Shown here one piece after another: positions 53,930-63,809 of a DNA stretch of 64,000 nucleotides; position 1 is the stretch's first letter, and each line of letters starts with the position of its first letter. This DNA is from Dehalococcoidia bacterium. GTDB taxonomy: Bacteria > Chloroflexota > Dehalococcoidia > SHYB01. The stretch lies in contig CBDFJU010000001.1 in NCBI GenBank assembly GCA_965248515.1, positions 242,592 through 306,591 of the forward strand, given 5' to 3'. The translations under genes were made by a program, and so were the position numbers. The notes under the pieces are model-generated. The model ran no database searches. It was not told the DNA's origin and was given only the letters and a program-made list of their open reading frames with translations.

Positions 53930-55171
53930 ATGAAAGTCTTGATTCTTGGAGCCGGCCCCGCAGGCTGCGCGAGCGCCTATTACCTCAAGCGCCAAGGTTT
54001 CAGCGACATCACGATCGTCGAGCGGAGCGCCGTAGGAGGGAACGCCCATACAAGCTTCTACGAGGGCATCCCCTATGAGTTCGGCCCCCAGATCATGTAC
54101 ACGGACGAAGACCGACTCAGGGAGGTGTTCGAAGTCTTCCTGCAGCAGCACGCGGCCCCGACTCACGACGGGCGATACTACCCTGCCCTTTCGGTCGATG
54201 GGACCCTGAAGCGCGGCTCGGTCCACAGCTTCCCAGTAACCATCAGCAACGTGCTCCAACTCCCGGAGCCGGAAAAAGTGATCGACGAACTGTACAGGGT
54301 CAACCTCGATAAGCCGGACTATTCGAACTTCGAAGCCTACGTCATCAGCCGAATGGGGGAAACCCTCTATAACACCTACGTGAAGAACTACAATATCAAA
54401 CAGTGGAAGGTCCACCCGAGTGAGATGGATGCCGAATGGGCGCGGTTCCGAAACCTGACCCTCAGGGTGTCCGGGAGCATGTTCGGAGATAAGTGGCAGG
54501 GTCACCCCGGTAGCTACAACCCGATGTGGGAAGGCATGCTGGAGGGGGTCAAGGTAATCTACGGCTCCGCCGAGGTAGCCGACGACCTCTCCTCAGTCGC
54601 CGTTGACGGTGAGCGAATCGATGCGGACCTCGTGATTTCGAGTTTGCCGCTCTCGAATCGTCTCGACTTCATCAACACGTGTAAGGTGTATATCGGCATC
54701 GACGACGGCGAGTTTCTCATGCCCTCGTACACCACATCCTTTCCAAACTCCTACGACTTCGTTCGAATTCTCGAATACAAACAGCAGTTCTACGTCGATT
54801 CGCCCTACGCCTTGTTGGACTTCGCGTTTCCTTGGATAGGACAACCCACGGAGCAAGAATACATAGAGCAAGCCAAGCTGTTCGTGGAAGAGGAGCTGAA
54901 GCGCGAGGTCCGCGACCTGTGGGTGGACAGCCGTGAAACGGTTTATCCGGTTAGCACGAAAGAGAATCTGGAACTTGTCGAGCATCGACTGGACATGATG
55001 AGCAAGTCGAACATTATCCCCGTTGGACGATGCGGCGTTCACGCCTATGTCTCCAAGGACACCTGCATCCGCATGGCGCTGATCATGGTTGAGAATCTCG
55101 AAGCTTTGCTCGGCGGCGACCCTGTCGCGAAAAGGGGGATCCTGGGCAAGATGCGAGAGAAGCTCACGTAG
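53930..55171 (+). CDS. glf: UDP-galactopyranose mutase (flavin-dependent) family protein
   Basis: MKVLILGAGPAGCASAYYL...ERSAVGGNA is the FAD-binding motif. GETLYNTYVKNYNIKQW, GDKWQGHPG, RILEYKQ and YPVSTKENLEL...GRCGVHAY are collinear with E. coli Glf. Confidence 0.8.
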   Translation: MKVLILGAGPAGCASAYYLKRQGFSDITIVERSAVGGNAHTSFYEGIPYEFGPQIMYTDEDRLREVFEVFLQQHAAPTHDGRYYPALSVDGTLKRGSVHSFPVTISNVLQLPEPEKVIDELYRVNLDKPDYSNFEAYVISRMGETLYNTYVKNYNIKQWKVHPSEMDAEWARFRNLTLRVSGSMFGDKWQGHPGSYNPMWEGMLEGVKVIYGSAEVADDLSSVAVDGERIDADLVISSLPLSNRLDFINTCKVYIGIDDGEFLMPSYTTSFPNSYDFVRILEYKQQFYVDSPYALLDFAFPWIGQPTEQEYIEQAKLFVEEELKREVRDLWVDSRETVYPVSTKENLELVEHRLDMMSKSNIIPVGRCGVHAYVSKDTCIRMALIMVENLEALLGGDPVAKRGILGKMREKLT

Positions 55172-55188
55172 CCAGAGATGGTTGCGTC

Positions 55189-56295
55189 ATGAAGCCTCGA
55201 GTCGCCTATCTGCTCCAGACCTTCGGCACGGGAGGCATCCAGACGTGCCTCTACAACCTAGCCAGTTGCCTTCGGGACCAGTTCGAGTTTCACTTCGTTG
55301 CCACGCACTCGGACTACGTCGTGCCGAAATTCAAGAACGTCGCCTCGACCGTCTCTCTCCCATTCGACAAGAAAGCCATCGCTGACTACTTGAAAGAGCA
55401 CCGGATCGACCTGGTTCAGACGCACAACCTCAGAGAGTACGTCGACGCGGCTATCGGCGCTGGCGTGTCGGTAGTCGTGGAGCGGACCGATGGACTTCGG
55501 AACGGGGCCGCCCTCAAACCGAAACAGGGACTGGACGCGGTGATCGCCTCGGCCAGGGGAACGATTCCTGAGATCAGCAAGCTGATCGACGAGTCCAACA
55601 TCACCTTGATCTACAACGGACTCGACCTCGCCGCTCTACAGCGGGCGAAACCGGAGCGTTTCGGCTTCGCGGAAGAGGACGTGATTATTGGCCGTACGTC
55701 CCGTTTGGGAAGAGGCAAGAACATCTCCATGCTCATCAAAGCGGTCGGTGAGCTCAGGCGGACGTATAGCCACGTTCGCCTGGTTGTCTGCGGCGGCGAT
55801 ACGACGCGGCCCGATGCCGACAGGATCTTGGACGCCCTCAATGCAGAGGCGGAACCGTTGGGCGATAGCGTCGTGTTCACTGGCGACGTCGAGCGCTCTG
55901 AGGGCATTACCCAAGGGTTCGACATCGCGACCTGCGTCTCTCTTCCGGGCAACGAAGGGATCCCGAATTCCCTTCTCGAAGCGATGGGCGCAGGCAAGCC
56001 AGTGGTAGCGACGGCGGTGGACAACATCCCCGAGATCGTCGAGAACGAACGGACCGGGCTCCTGGTCGAGAGCGACAACGTCGCCCAGTTGGTGGCCGCC
56101 CTCCGCTACCTGATCGAACACCCCGACCGCGCCCGGGAGATGGCGCAGCGTGGGCGTGAGAAGATCGAGTCGGAGTTCGAACTGGACACCCAAGCCGCGA
56201 AGTACAGCGATCTCTACAACAGATTACTTTCGGAGAAGCGGTCGGAAAGCCCGAAGAGCCGCCGACACTTTGCCTTCGGCTTCTGGAGGAAATGA
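55189..56295 (+). CDS. glycosyltransferase family 4 (GT-B)
   Basis: GGIQTCLYNLA, LIYNGLD, GRTSRLGRGKN, and an EX7E-type motif in EGIPNSLLEAMGAGKPVVAT. Confidence 0.85.
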   Translation: MKPRVAYLLQTFGTGGIQTCLYNLASCLRDQFEFHFVATHSDYVVPKFKNVASTVSLPFDKKAIADYLKEHRIDLVQTHNLREYVDAAIGAGVSVVVERTDGLRNGAALKPKQGLDAVIASARGTIPEISKLIDESNITLIYNGLDLAALQRAKPERFGFAEEDVIIGRTSRLGRGKNISMLIKAVGELRRTYSHVRLVVCGGDTTRPDADRILDALNAEAEPLGDSVVFTGDVERSEGITQGFDIATCVSLPGNEGIPNSLLEAMGAGKPVVATAVDNIPEIVENERTGLLVESDNVAQLVAALRYLIEHPDRAREMAQRGREKIESEFELDTQAAKYSDLYNRLLSEKRSESPKSRRHFAFGFWRK

Positions 56296-57986
56296 CCCGC
56301 CCGATGCTCATCGCCGGTATGTATAACGGCCACGATGCAGCCGCATGCCTGGCTCGGGACGGTGAGATCCTCGTCCACATCGAGAAAGAGCGCTACACCC
56401 GTGTGAAGGAGGCGGGCGGCAACGCCGAAGAGTGTCTGAGCCTCTGCCTCGAGGAGATCGGGGCGTCGTTCTCTGACGTCGACGTGGTCGTGTCTTCCGT
56501 TCTTGTCCACTCGACAGATCCGAGCTACGAGATGCCCTTGCACTCCTTGGACGGCACCTACACCCCGATACGTCACGACTACGAGAACACCGACGGTACA
56601 TACCTGGCCCAGAAGACGCTCTGGAGCGAGCACCAGATCAAGCTCTTCGGGCAGATGAAGCCGTGTTTCCTGGTCCATCACCACATCGCCCACGCCGCCG
56701 TTGCTTTCTATACCTCTCCCTTCAACGAGGCGATCATCTGGACCCCGGACGGCGGCGGCGATGACGCAAGCTCGGTTCTCGCATTCGGGCGTGGAAACGA
56801 GATCGAGGTCTTCGATTGGACCAGGGACTATGCCATCGGCGCCGCCTGGAGCCGTTTCTGCGAGCACAACTTCGGCTGGAAGCCTCGGCGTCACTTTGAC
56901 GGCGACGTCAGTTGGAGCGAGGGGCGCATGGGGAATCTGAAGGAGTACGGAGGCCACTATGCAGGGACGCTGATGGCCCTAGCATCGTTCGGCAAGCCCA
57001 GGTACCGGCGCGAAGTCTATAAGCAGATCGTCCGCGGCGATTACGCGAAGGGCTTCCGCAATGGGCTTGACCTCACCGACAAGCGGTCCCAACTTGCGCA
57101 GGACGTTGCCAGTAGTCTGCAGAAAGCCACCGAGCAGCTCTACAAAGAGTGCATCAAGAAGCTTCAGCGGAAATATCGAGTCAAGAAACTCTGCTTGTGT
57201 GGCGGCGTTTCGTACAACTGCGTCGCCAACACGAAGGTGCTGGAAGACACGGCTGTGGACGAAGTGTACGTCCCGCCGATTTCTGAGGATGCAGGATTGT
57301 GCGTTGGGCTTGTCCTCTACTACCACCACCAAATCCTGGGTCAGCCCCGCTCTGGCACCAGCGAAGTCTACTCGCCTTTCAAGGGCCGTGGTTTTACGGA
57401 TGAGCAGGTCAAGCAAGTACTCGAGCGTCACGGCGACAGGCTCGACTGGCGACCGGCCGACCTGAACGAGGTGGCCGACAAGCTCGTCGAGCAGAATATT
57501 GTCGGACTTTTCCAGGGCAGAGGCGAGACCGGGAAGCGGGCTCTCGGCAATCGGAGTGTGCTTGCCGACCCGCGGACCGCCGACATGAAAGATCGGCTAA
57601 ACGGGCTCGTGAAGCATCGAGAGTGGTTCAGGCCCTTTGCCCCAACCGTCCTCGACGAATACTTCGACGAGTACTTCACGCCGCACGTCTTCAGCCCGTA
57701 CATGTCGTTCGCGGTGACCGTGCGTGAAGAGAAGCGTTCTTTGGTGCCGGCGATCCAGCACGTCGACAACTCGGCCCGCCCTCAGTCAGTCCGTCGAGAG
57801 ACCAATCCCAGCTACTACGAACTCATCGATCTCTTCCGGAAGAAAACCGGCATCCCCATGGTGCTCAACACGTCGTTCAACGACCGGGAGCCGATCGTCG
57901 ACACGCCGCAAAACGCCATCGAGTGCTTCTTGAACGCCAATATGGACTTCCTCTACATGCAGGGGCTCCTGATTTGGCGCAAATAG
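56292..57986 (+). CDS. carbamoyltransferase (NodU/CmcH family)
   Basis: AGMYNGHDAAACL, HHIAHAA, LCLCGGVSYNCVAN, RPFAPTV and VLNTSFNDREPIVDTPQNAIECF. Confidence 0.88.
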   Translation: MTRPMLIAGMYNGHDAAACLARDGEILVHIEKERYTRVKEAGGNAEECLSLCLEEIGASFSDVDVVVSSVLVHSTDPSYEMPLHSLDGTYTPIRHDYENTDGTYLAQKTLWSEHQIKLFGQMKPCFLVHHHIAHAAVAFYTSPFNEAIIWTPDGGGDDASSVLAFGRGNEIEVFDWTRDYAIGAAWSRFCEHNFGWKPRRHFDGDVSWSEGRMGNLKEYGGHYAGTLMALASFGKPRYRREVYKQIVRGDYAKGFRNGLDLTDKRSQLAQDVASSLQKATEQLYKECIKKLQRKYRVKKLCLCGGVSYNCVANTKVLEDTAVDEVYVPPISEDAGLCVGLVLYYHHQILGQPRSGTSEVYSPFKGRGFTDEQVKQVLERHGDRLDWRPADLNEVADKLVEQNIVGLFQGRGETGKRALGNRSVLADPRTADMKDRLNGLVKHREWFRPFAPTVLDEYFDEYFTPHVFSPYMSFAVTVREEKRSLVPAIQHVDNSARPQSVRRETNPSYYELIDLFRKKTGIPMVLNTSFNDREPIVDTPQNAIECFLNANMDFLYMQGLLIWRK

Positions 57987-58051
57987 TTAGACGCCTCGTT
58001 CGAGCGGGGCGGCGGCTTTGGAATCCGAGCGGTCGAATCCGGGTCAACACG

Positions 58052-58906
58052 GTGGGGAAGACGGTCAATGTCGTCACCGAGCCCAAAGGCTGGGTCTTGT
58101 ACCACTGGGCCGAGGAACTTGCCAAGCGACTACCGTACGTCGTCATCAATGCCCCCGCCGGCTCTTGCAACATTGACTACTTTATCCCCTATTACCTTCT
58201 GGACAAGCGGCCTGGGACGCTGTCCGTCGCCTTCTTCACACACTGCGAGGTTGGAGACGACGACCGGTCCGCCCGCTCCCGGGAGCGGTTCTTCGAGGTG
58301 GCGGATGCGGCAGACTGCTGCGTCTCTCAGAATCGAACGTATGCTGACCTCCTCATGCGCCGAGGGGCCAGGGACGTCGAGACCATCACTCCTGGCGTCG
58401 ACCCGTCGATTTTCAACCCCAAGCTCAAGCTGGGCTGGATCGGGAGGACCTACTGGAGCGGACGCAAGAATGAGCATTTCTTGAGCGAGCTGGAAAAGGT
58501 GGACTGGATCGAGCTCCGCTATCGGTCGGAGCCGAAACACTGGTCGGTCGCTGGACCCGAAGAGGGGCGGAAGCTGGCGGAGTTCTACCGCGATCTGGAT
58601 TATGTGCTGGTCACGTCGAACGCCGAAGGCGGGCCCATGTCGGTGGTCGAGGGACTAGCATGCGGCGTTCCCGTAATCATGCCCGAGGGCGTAGGTCTCT
58701 CCACCCACTTCAGCAAAGGGATCTTGACCTTCGAGAGGAACAGCTTCCCCCAATTGATGAGCCTACTCCAAACGTTGCGAAAGGCGAAAACGGATCTTGC
58801 CGACCAGGTCCGGGATTATTCGATGGACGCATGGGCGGAGCAAAACCATCGATTGTTCCAACGCCTTCTCGGCGGAGGTCTGACGCAGGTTGGAGACGGC
58901 GCCTAA
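58052..58906 (+). CDS. GT-B glycosyltransferase-like protein (GT4 C-terminal motif)
   Basis: GRTYWSGRKN and DYVLVTSNAEGGPMSVVEGLACGVPVIM. The start is uncertain (GTG 58052, or ATG 57923 overlapping the upstream gene). Confidence 0.6.
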   Translation: MGKTVNVVTEPKGWVLYHWAEELAKRLPYVVINAPAGSCNIDYFIPYYLLDKRPGTLSVAFFTHCEVGDDDRSARSRERFFEVADAADCCVSQNRTYADLLMRRGARDVETITPGVDPSIFNPKLKLGWIGRTYWSGRKNEHFLSELEKVDWIELRYRSEPKHWSVAGPEEGRKLAEFYRDLDYVLVTSNAEGGPMSVVEGLACGVPVIMPEGVGLSTHFSKGILTFERNSFPQLMSLLQTLRKAKTDLADQVRDYSMDAWAEQNHRLFQRLLGGGLTQVGDGA

Positions 58907-59849
58907 ACTCAGCGTGATCATGAGCGTCTTTAACGGCGCTCGATACCTGCGGGAAGCCGTCGAGAGCATTCTCGGCCAGCGGTTCCGAGACTACGAGTTC
59001 ATCATCATCGACGACGGCTCCACGGACGCCAGCCGGGAGATCATCTCGTGTTACGATGACCGGCGTATACGCCTGATGGTGAACGAGGCCAACCTGGGCC
59101 TCCCCGTCTCCTTGAACAAGGGCATCCGCTCGGCTCGTGGAGAGTACATCGCCCGACAGGACGCGGACGACGTCTCGCTGCCGGACCGCCTGGAGCTGCA
59201 GACGGCATACCTCGACGCTCATCCAGAAGTGGCGCTCGTCGGGTGCTGGTGGGAGAGGATAGACGAAAAAGGACGGGTCTTTGACCTCGCCAGCGTGCCG
59301 ACGGATGGGCCCCTGCTCCTGGACAGGATGCTCGAGGGTGGGCTGAACCCAGCTCCTCACGGGAGTATGGTGTTTCGCAAACAGGCCTCCGACGCTGTCG
59401 GAGGCTACGACGAGCGTTTCCGGTACACACAGGACTTCGACCTGTGGCTTCGCATGTGGTCCCACGGTAAGGTCGAAGTGCTGCCGAGTTGCCTCTACGA
59501 GCTTCGCGAGTCGCCTCCTGTCGACCGGTTCAAGAGCCTGTGCCAGGGCCAGTATTATCACCTCGCCGTGGAGCAGTTCAGGACCGGTCGCCGATGCGAA
59601 TTCCAAGACGTTCCAGAGGTTGTTCGGAGGACCTATCGATCGTCGAAGAACGACGACGATCATTTGCTGTCCAGGTATTGGGCCGGGCTTGGAGCGGCGG
59701 CTGCCACAAACCGGTTCTGGAGGCTGTCGATTCTGTACCATGCCAAGGCCCTGCGCCACAGCCGCCCGTCCGCCGTCGCTCGGGGGCTCGGGCGCCTGTT
59801 CGAGGCTGGCTTTCGGCGCATCGTGAGCATCAGGACTTCCCAGACTTGA
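58890..59849 (+). CDS. glycosyltransferase family 2
   Basis: LSVIMSVFNGARYLREAVESIL, EFIIIDDGSTD and ARQDADDVS. TTG start with GGAGG 11 nt upstream. Confidence 0.85.
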   Translation: METAPKLSVIMSVFNGARYLREAVESILGQRFRDYEFIIIDDGSTDASREIISCYDDRRIRLMVNEANLGLPVSLNKGIRSARGEYIARQDADDVSLPDRLELQTAYLDAHPEVALVGCWWERIDEKGRVFDLASVPTDGPLLLDRMLEGGLNPAPHGSMVFRKQASDAVGGYDERFRYTQDFDLWLRMWSHGKVEVLPSCLYELRESPPVDRFKSLCQGQYYHLAVEQFRTGRRCEFQDVPEVVRRTYRSSKNDDDHLLSRYWAGLGAAAATNRFWRLSILYHAKALRHSRPSAVARGLGRLFEAGFRRIVSIRTSQT

Positions 59850-59865
59850 AGCGAAGGCTCCGAGC

Positions 59866-60825
59866 GTGAAGCGCGGCCTGATCGACATTCTGTGCTGTCC
59901 TCACGATGCGAGCGGTCTGACCCTGACCGTCTTGGAAGAGGACGAATCGGAGGTCGAGAGCGGGACCCTGTTATGCCAGGTCTGCGGCGCGGAGTATCCC
60001 ATCGTGCGGTCCGTACCCCGTTTCGTTGGAGACGACTACTACGTCAAGAGCTTCAGCCTCGAGTGGAAGACCCATTCGAAGACCCAGATGCCGGATTCTC
60101 GCGATCACGAGACATTCACCTCGTTTCACCAGCGTTCCGGGTTCACGGCGGAGGAATTGCGGGGCCAGCTTATGCTCGACGCCGGATGCGGCGTGGGACG
60201 GTACCTGGCCGTGGCTGAGGAGTATGGGGCGGAAGTCGTCGGTGTCGACCTGTCCTACTCTGTCGATCAAGCGATGGCGAACGTCGGGCGCCTGCCGAGA
60301 GTCAATGTTGTGCAGGCCGACCTGATGCGGCTGCCCTTCCGAAGCGACACTTTCGATCGGGTCTTTTCGCTGGGAGTCCTTCACCATATGCCCGAGCCTA
60401 GGAACGGATTCGAGTCTCTCGTCCCGCTGGTGAAACCTGGGGGCACAATAGCCGTCTCGGTCTATCCCAGCAGCGCCTCCTTCTACACGGCTTCGCAACG
60501 TTTACGCAGAATCACCACACGGCTGAACAAACGACTCCTATACGCCATCACTACCGCTATGGCGATGCTCCTTTATCCCTTGTACCGACTCCCGGTACTC
60601 AAGGCCTTTTATTCCTACGCGCCCATCAGCATGCACCCCAAACCGGCGTGGCGTCGGCTCGACACGTTCGACTGCTATTCGCCCCGGTATCAACACACGT
60701 ATACCTACCATGAGGTCTTCCGCTGGTTCAAAGACCATGGCCTTACGGATATCGATGTCCTTGAGGTGCCGGTGAGCGTGAAAGGCTCCAGACCCATTCC
60801 TCCCGGATCGAGGTCCCACCTCTGA
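59866..60825 (+). CDS. class I SAM methyltransferase with N-terminal Trm112-like zinc-ribbon
   Basis: ILCCPHD...LLCQVCGAEYPIVRSVPRF, then LDAGCGVGRY, VGVDLS and FDRVFSLGVLHH. Confidence 0.8.
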   Translation: MKRGLIDILCCPHDASGLTLTVLEEDESEVESGTLLCQVCGAEYPIVRSVPRFVGDDYYVKSFSLEWKTHSKTQMPDSRDHETFTSFHQRSGFTAEELRGQLMLDAGCGVGRYLAVAEEYGAEVVGVDLSYSVDQAMANVGRLPRVNVVQADLMRLPFRSDTFDRVFSLGVLHHMPEPRNGFESLVPLVKPGGTIAVSVYPSSASFYTASQRLRRITTRLNKRLLYAITTAMAMLLYPLYRLPVLKAFYSYAPISMHPKPAWRRLDTFDCYSPRYQHTYTYHEVFRWFKDHGLTDIDVLEVPVSVKGSRPIPPGSRSHL

Positions 60826-62735
60826 TGTGCGGCATCTCCGGCATCTGGAATTTCGACGGCGCACCTGTCGAGCAGTCGGCGGTCCTGACTATGCAAGACA
60901 CGCTCCGGCATCGCGGCCCGGACGGAGAGGGTACGTACGTCAAGGAGAACGTGGGTCTTGGGCATCGCCGCCTGAGCATCATCGATATCGCCGGTGGCAA
61001 ACAGCCGATTTCGAACGAGGATGGCTCGGTGTGGATCGTCTACAACGGCGAAATCTACAACTTTCTCGAGCTGCGGGCCGAGCTCGAGGCAAAGGGCCAT
61101 TCCTTCAGGACCGCGAGTGACACAGAGGTTATCGTCCACTTATACGAGGAGTTGGGGCCGAAGTGCGTCCAACGGCTCATGGGGATGTTCGCCTTTGGCC
61201 TCTGGGACTCGAAGAAGCAACTGATGCTCTTGGCGCGGGACAGGCTGGGGCTCAAGCCCCTGTACTACCTGCTCGACGATGCACGGGTGCTGTTTGCTTC
61301 GGAGCTCAAGGGGATCATGGCCGCCCGGGGCGTAGACCGAACCCTCGACCTGGAGGCTCTGGACGCCTATCTCACCCTGGACCACATTCCATCTCCGCGG
61401 ACGATCTATCGAAACGTGAAGAAGCTGCCCCCGGCCCATATCCTCGTTCTCGAACGGGGCCGCTCTCGAATCGAACGGTACTGGCAGCTCGACATGGCGA
61501 CCCTTCAGGACAACGCACCTAGCCGGAGCGCCGACGAATGGTCCGAAGGCCTCGAGTTCCTGTTGCGCCAGTCGGTGCGACGGCGCCTGCTCGGGGATGT
61601 TCCTATCGGGTTACTCCTTAGCGGAGGGGTCGACTCCAGCGCGGTGGCTGCTCTGATGGCTCAAGAATCAGAGCAGCCCGTCAAAAGCTTTTCGATCGGG
61701 ACGACGGCCGATGATTTCAACGAGCTACCGTATGCCCGCATGGTGGCGCAACGCCTCGGTACCGAGCATCACGAATTCATCGTCGAGCCCGACGCGGTGG
61801 GGATCTTGCCGGGGCTGGTAGCGGCTTACGACGAGCCCTTCGCGGACTCCTCGGCCGTCCCGACCTACTACGTGGCAAAGATGGCCAGTCAGCACGTCAA
61901 AGTGTGCCTGGCCGGCGACGGCGGCGACGAGCTTTTCGCCGGCTACCCGTGGTACCAGTCCCTGTCCCTCGAACCGCGGTTTGGCGGGGTTCCCAGGCGT
62001 CTGCGGCAGCCGTTGTTGGGATCGCTCCGTAAGATCTGGCCGGAAGAGTGGAGAGGAGCGGACCGCCTGTTCGATCTCACACGACGAGATCGCGCCGAGC
62101 GATACGCCGCGACCAAGCGGCGCTTTTCGGTTCGAGAACGAAGCCGAATCCTCACCCCATCGCTTCGACAAGCCTTCGGAGGCCTGGACGAAAGCGGAGG
62201 CCTCCTTGCCTTCGCTCGCGAAGCCGCCTCCCTCGACAATGTTAGCGCCATGCAGTACACGGACTTGATGAGCTACCTGCCCGAAGACCTGCTCGTCAAA
62301 GTGGACAGAGCGAGCATGCTGCATGGACTGGAAGTGCGTCTGCCTCTCCTCGACCATGAATTTGTGGAGTTTGCCGCAACGGTGCCCAGTCATCTCAAGC
62401 TGAACAACGGCGAGAGCAAACACATTCTCAAGCGCCTGATTTCGCGCTGGGTCCCGCGCGAAGCCATCTACAGAGAGAAGAAGGGGTTCGGTATCCCGCT
62501 CGAGCATTGGTTCCGCGGCGAGTTGCTACCCTTTACCCAGGAAATCCTGCTGGATGATCGGACGCGACGCCGGGGTTTCCTGCAGGTGGATTCGGTGGCG
62601 ACCCTGCTGGAGAAGCATCGCTCAGGGCAGACCAATCCGTTGGTAACCACCCATCAGATTTGGAACATGCTCGTTCTGGAGATCTGGTGTCGAAGGTTCC
62701 TGGACCAGCCTGCTTCTCCGGGGTCGGGCTCTTGA
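60825..62735 (+). CDS. asnB: asparagine synthase (glutamine-hydrolysing) family amidotransferase
   Basis: MCGISGIW is the Ntn Cys2 motif. Also HRGPDG, LSIIDIAGGKQP, VYNGEIYN, the SGGVDSS PP-loop and LPEDLLVKVDRASM. Confidence 0.9.
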   Translation: MCGISGIWNFDGAPVEQSAVLTMQDTLRHRGPDGEGTYVKENVGLGHRRLSIIDIAGGKQPISNEDGSVWIVYNGEIYNFLELRAELEAKGHSFRTASDTEVIVHLYEELGPKCVQRLMGMFAFGLWDSKKQLMLLARDRLGLKPLYYLLDDARVLFASELKGIMAARGVDRTLDLEALDAYLTLDHIPSPRTIYRNVKKLPPAHILVLERGRSRIERYWQLDMATLQDNAPSRSADEWSEGLEFLLRQSVRRRLLGDVPIGLLLSGGVDSSAVAALMAQESEQPVKSFSIGTTADDFNELPYARMVAQRLGTEHHEFIVEPDAVGILPGLVAAYDEPFADSSAVPTYYVAKMASQHVKVCLAGDGGDELFAGYPWYQSLSLEPRFGGVPRRLRQPLLGSLRKIWPEEWRGADRLFDLTRRDRAERYAATKRRFSVRERSRILTPSLRQAFGGLDESGGLLAFAREAASLDNVSAMQYTDLMSYLPEDLLVKVDRASMLHGLEVRLPLLDHEFVEFAATVPSHLKLNNGESKHILKRLISRWVPREAIYREKKGFGIPLEHWFRGELLPFTQEILLDDRTRRRGFLQVDSVATLLEKHRSGQTNPLVTTHQIWNMLVLEIWCRRFLDQPASPGSGS

Positions 62736-62798
62736 TTGTTGCAGTCGTCACCTGGGACGCTTGATGGAAGTCATCCGGGCTCGTGCGATGGAGACGGC

Positions 62799-63782
62799 GT
62801 GAGTCAGCCCCTCGTGAGCATCGTCATTGCGGCATATAACGCCAGGGCATGGCTTGGCGAAGCCATCGACAGCGCCCTGGCCCAGACCTACGGCAACTGC
62901 GAGGTGCTGGTCGTCGACGACGGCTCGACCGACGGCACAGGGGAATGGTTGGCTGAGCGTTACGGCTCCGACCAGGTCCGATACCTGTGGAAGGAAAACG
63001 GCGGCTTGGCCAGCGCCCGCAATCGGGCTCTTGCCCATGCAAGGGGCGAGTACATCCAGTTTCTCGACGCCGACGACATCATCCTACCCGAGAAGGTGGC
63101 AACCCACGTCGACGCCCTCCTGCGGCTCCCCGAATATGGGGTCGCGTATTGTCACAGCCTGTGTTTCCATGATGGCTCCCCCAACGAGACCTTCGACTGG
63201 TGGGGTCGTGATCTCTACCGCTCCGGCGACGTCTTCGCCAGCATGATCGACACCGGATACATCCTGACCCACGCGACGCTCACACGCCGAAAGTGGATCG
63301 ACGCCGTGGGGCCCTTCGACGAGTCGCTGCCGAGCTGTGTGGACTGGGACTTCTGGCTGCGGGTGGCTCGTTGCGGCGCTCAGTTCTACCTGTCCGAAGG
63401 GCCGCCTATGGCGCTCTATCGCCTCCGGCCCGACACCATGTCCAGTCGCCGGGTCGCGCACGCCCTGGCCGGGCTTCGAGTCTTGGAAAAGGTGGCTGAC
63501 TCAAGCTCGACTCGGGAGGAACGCGAGCGTCTTGGCGTACGCGCCGCGAGAGGCCGGTGGCGCTTCTCCCTTGGCCGAGCCCTCGTGGAAGCAGGAGACC
63601 CATTGAGCGGCTGGCGGCAGATGGCCCGGTCCCTATTGGACGATCGGCGAAACCTTCGCTACAAGCTCGTATACATGCTTGGCGCGCCGCTCCTGGGCCA
63701 CCAGCGGACACTGGGCGTTCTTGCCCTGGGGCGGCGACTCATTGGCGGAGCGCGGGGGGCTGCCGCCGCCGGGGAGGCATGA
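62799..63782 (+). CDS. glycosyltransferase family 2
   Basis: VSIVIAAYNARAWLGEAIDSAL, VLVVDDGSTDGT and QFLDADD. GTG 62799 with GGAGA upstream is preferred over TTG 62736. Confidence 0.85.
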   Translation: MSQPLVSIVIAAYNARAWLGEAIDSALAQTYGNCEVLVVDDGSTDGTGEWLAERYGSDQVRYLWKENGGLASARNRALAHARGEYIQFLDADDIILPEKVATHVDALLRLPEYGVAYCHSLCFHDGSPNETFDWWGRDLYRSGDVFASMIDTGYILTHATLTRRKWIDAVGPFDESLPSCVDWDFWLRVARCGAQFYLSEGPPMALYRLRPDTMSSRRVAHALAGLRVLEKVADSSSTREERERLGVRAARGRWRFSLGRALVEAGDPLSGWRQMARSLLDDRRNLRYKLVYMLGAPLLGHQRTLGVLALGRRLIGGARGAAAAGEA

Positions 63783-63809
63783 CCTCGGCCGGTCGCTGAC
63801 GGCCTCATC

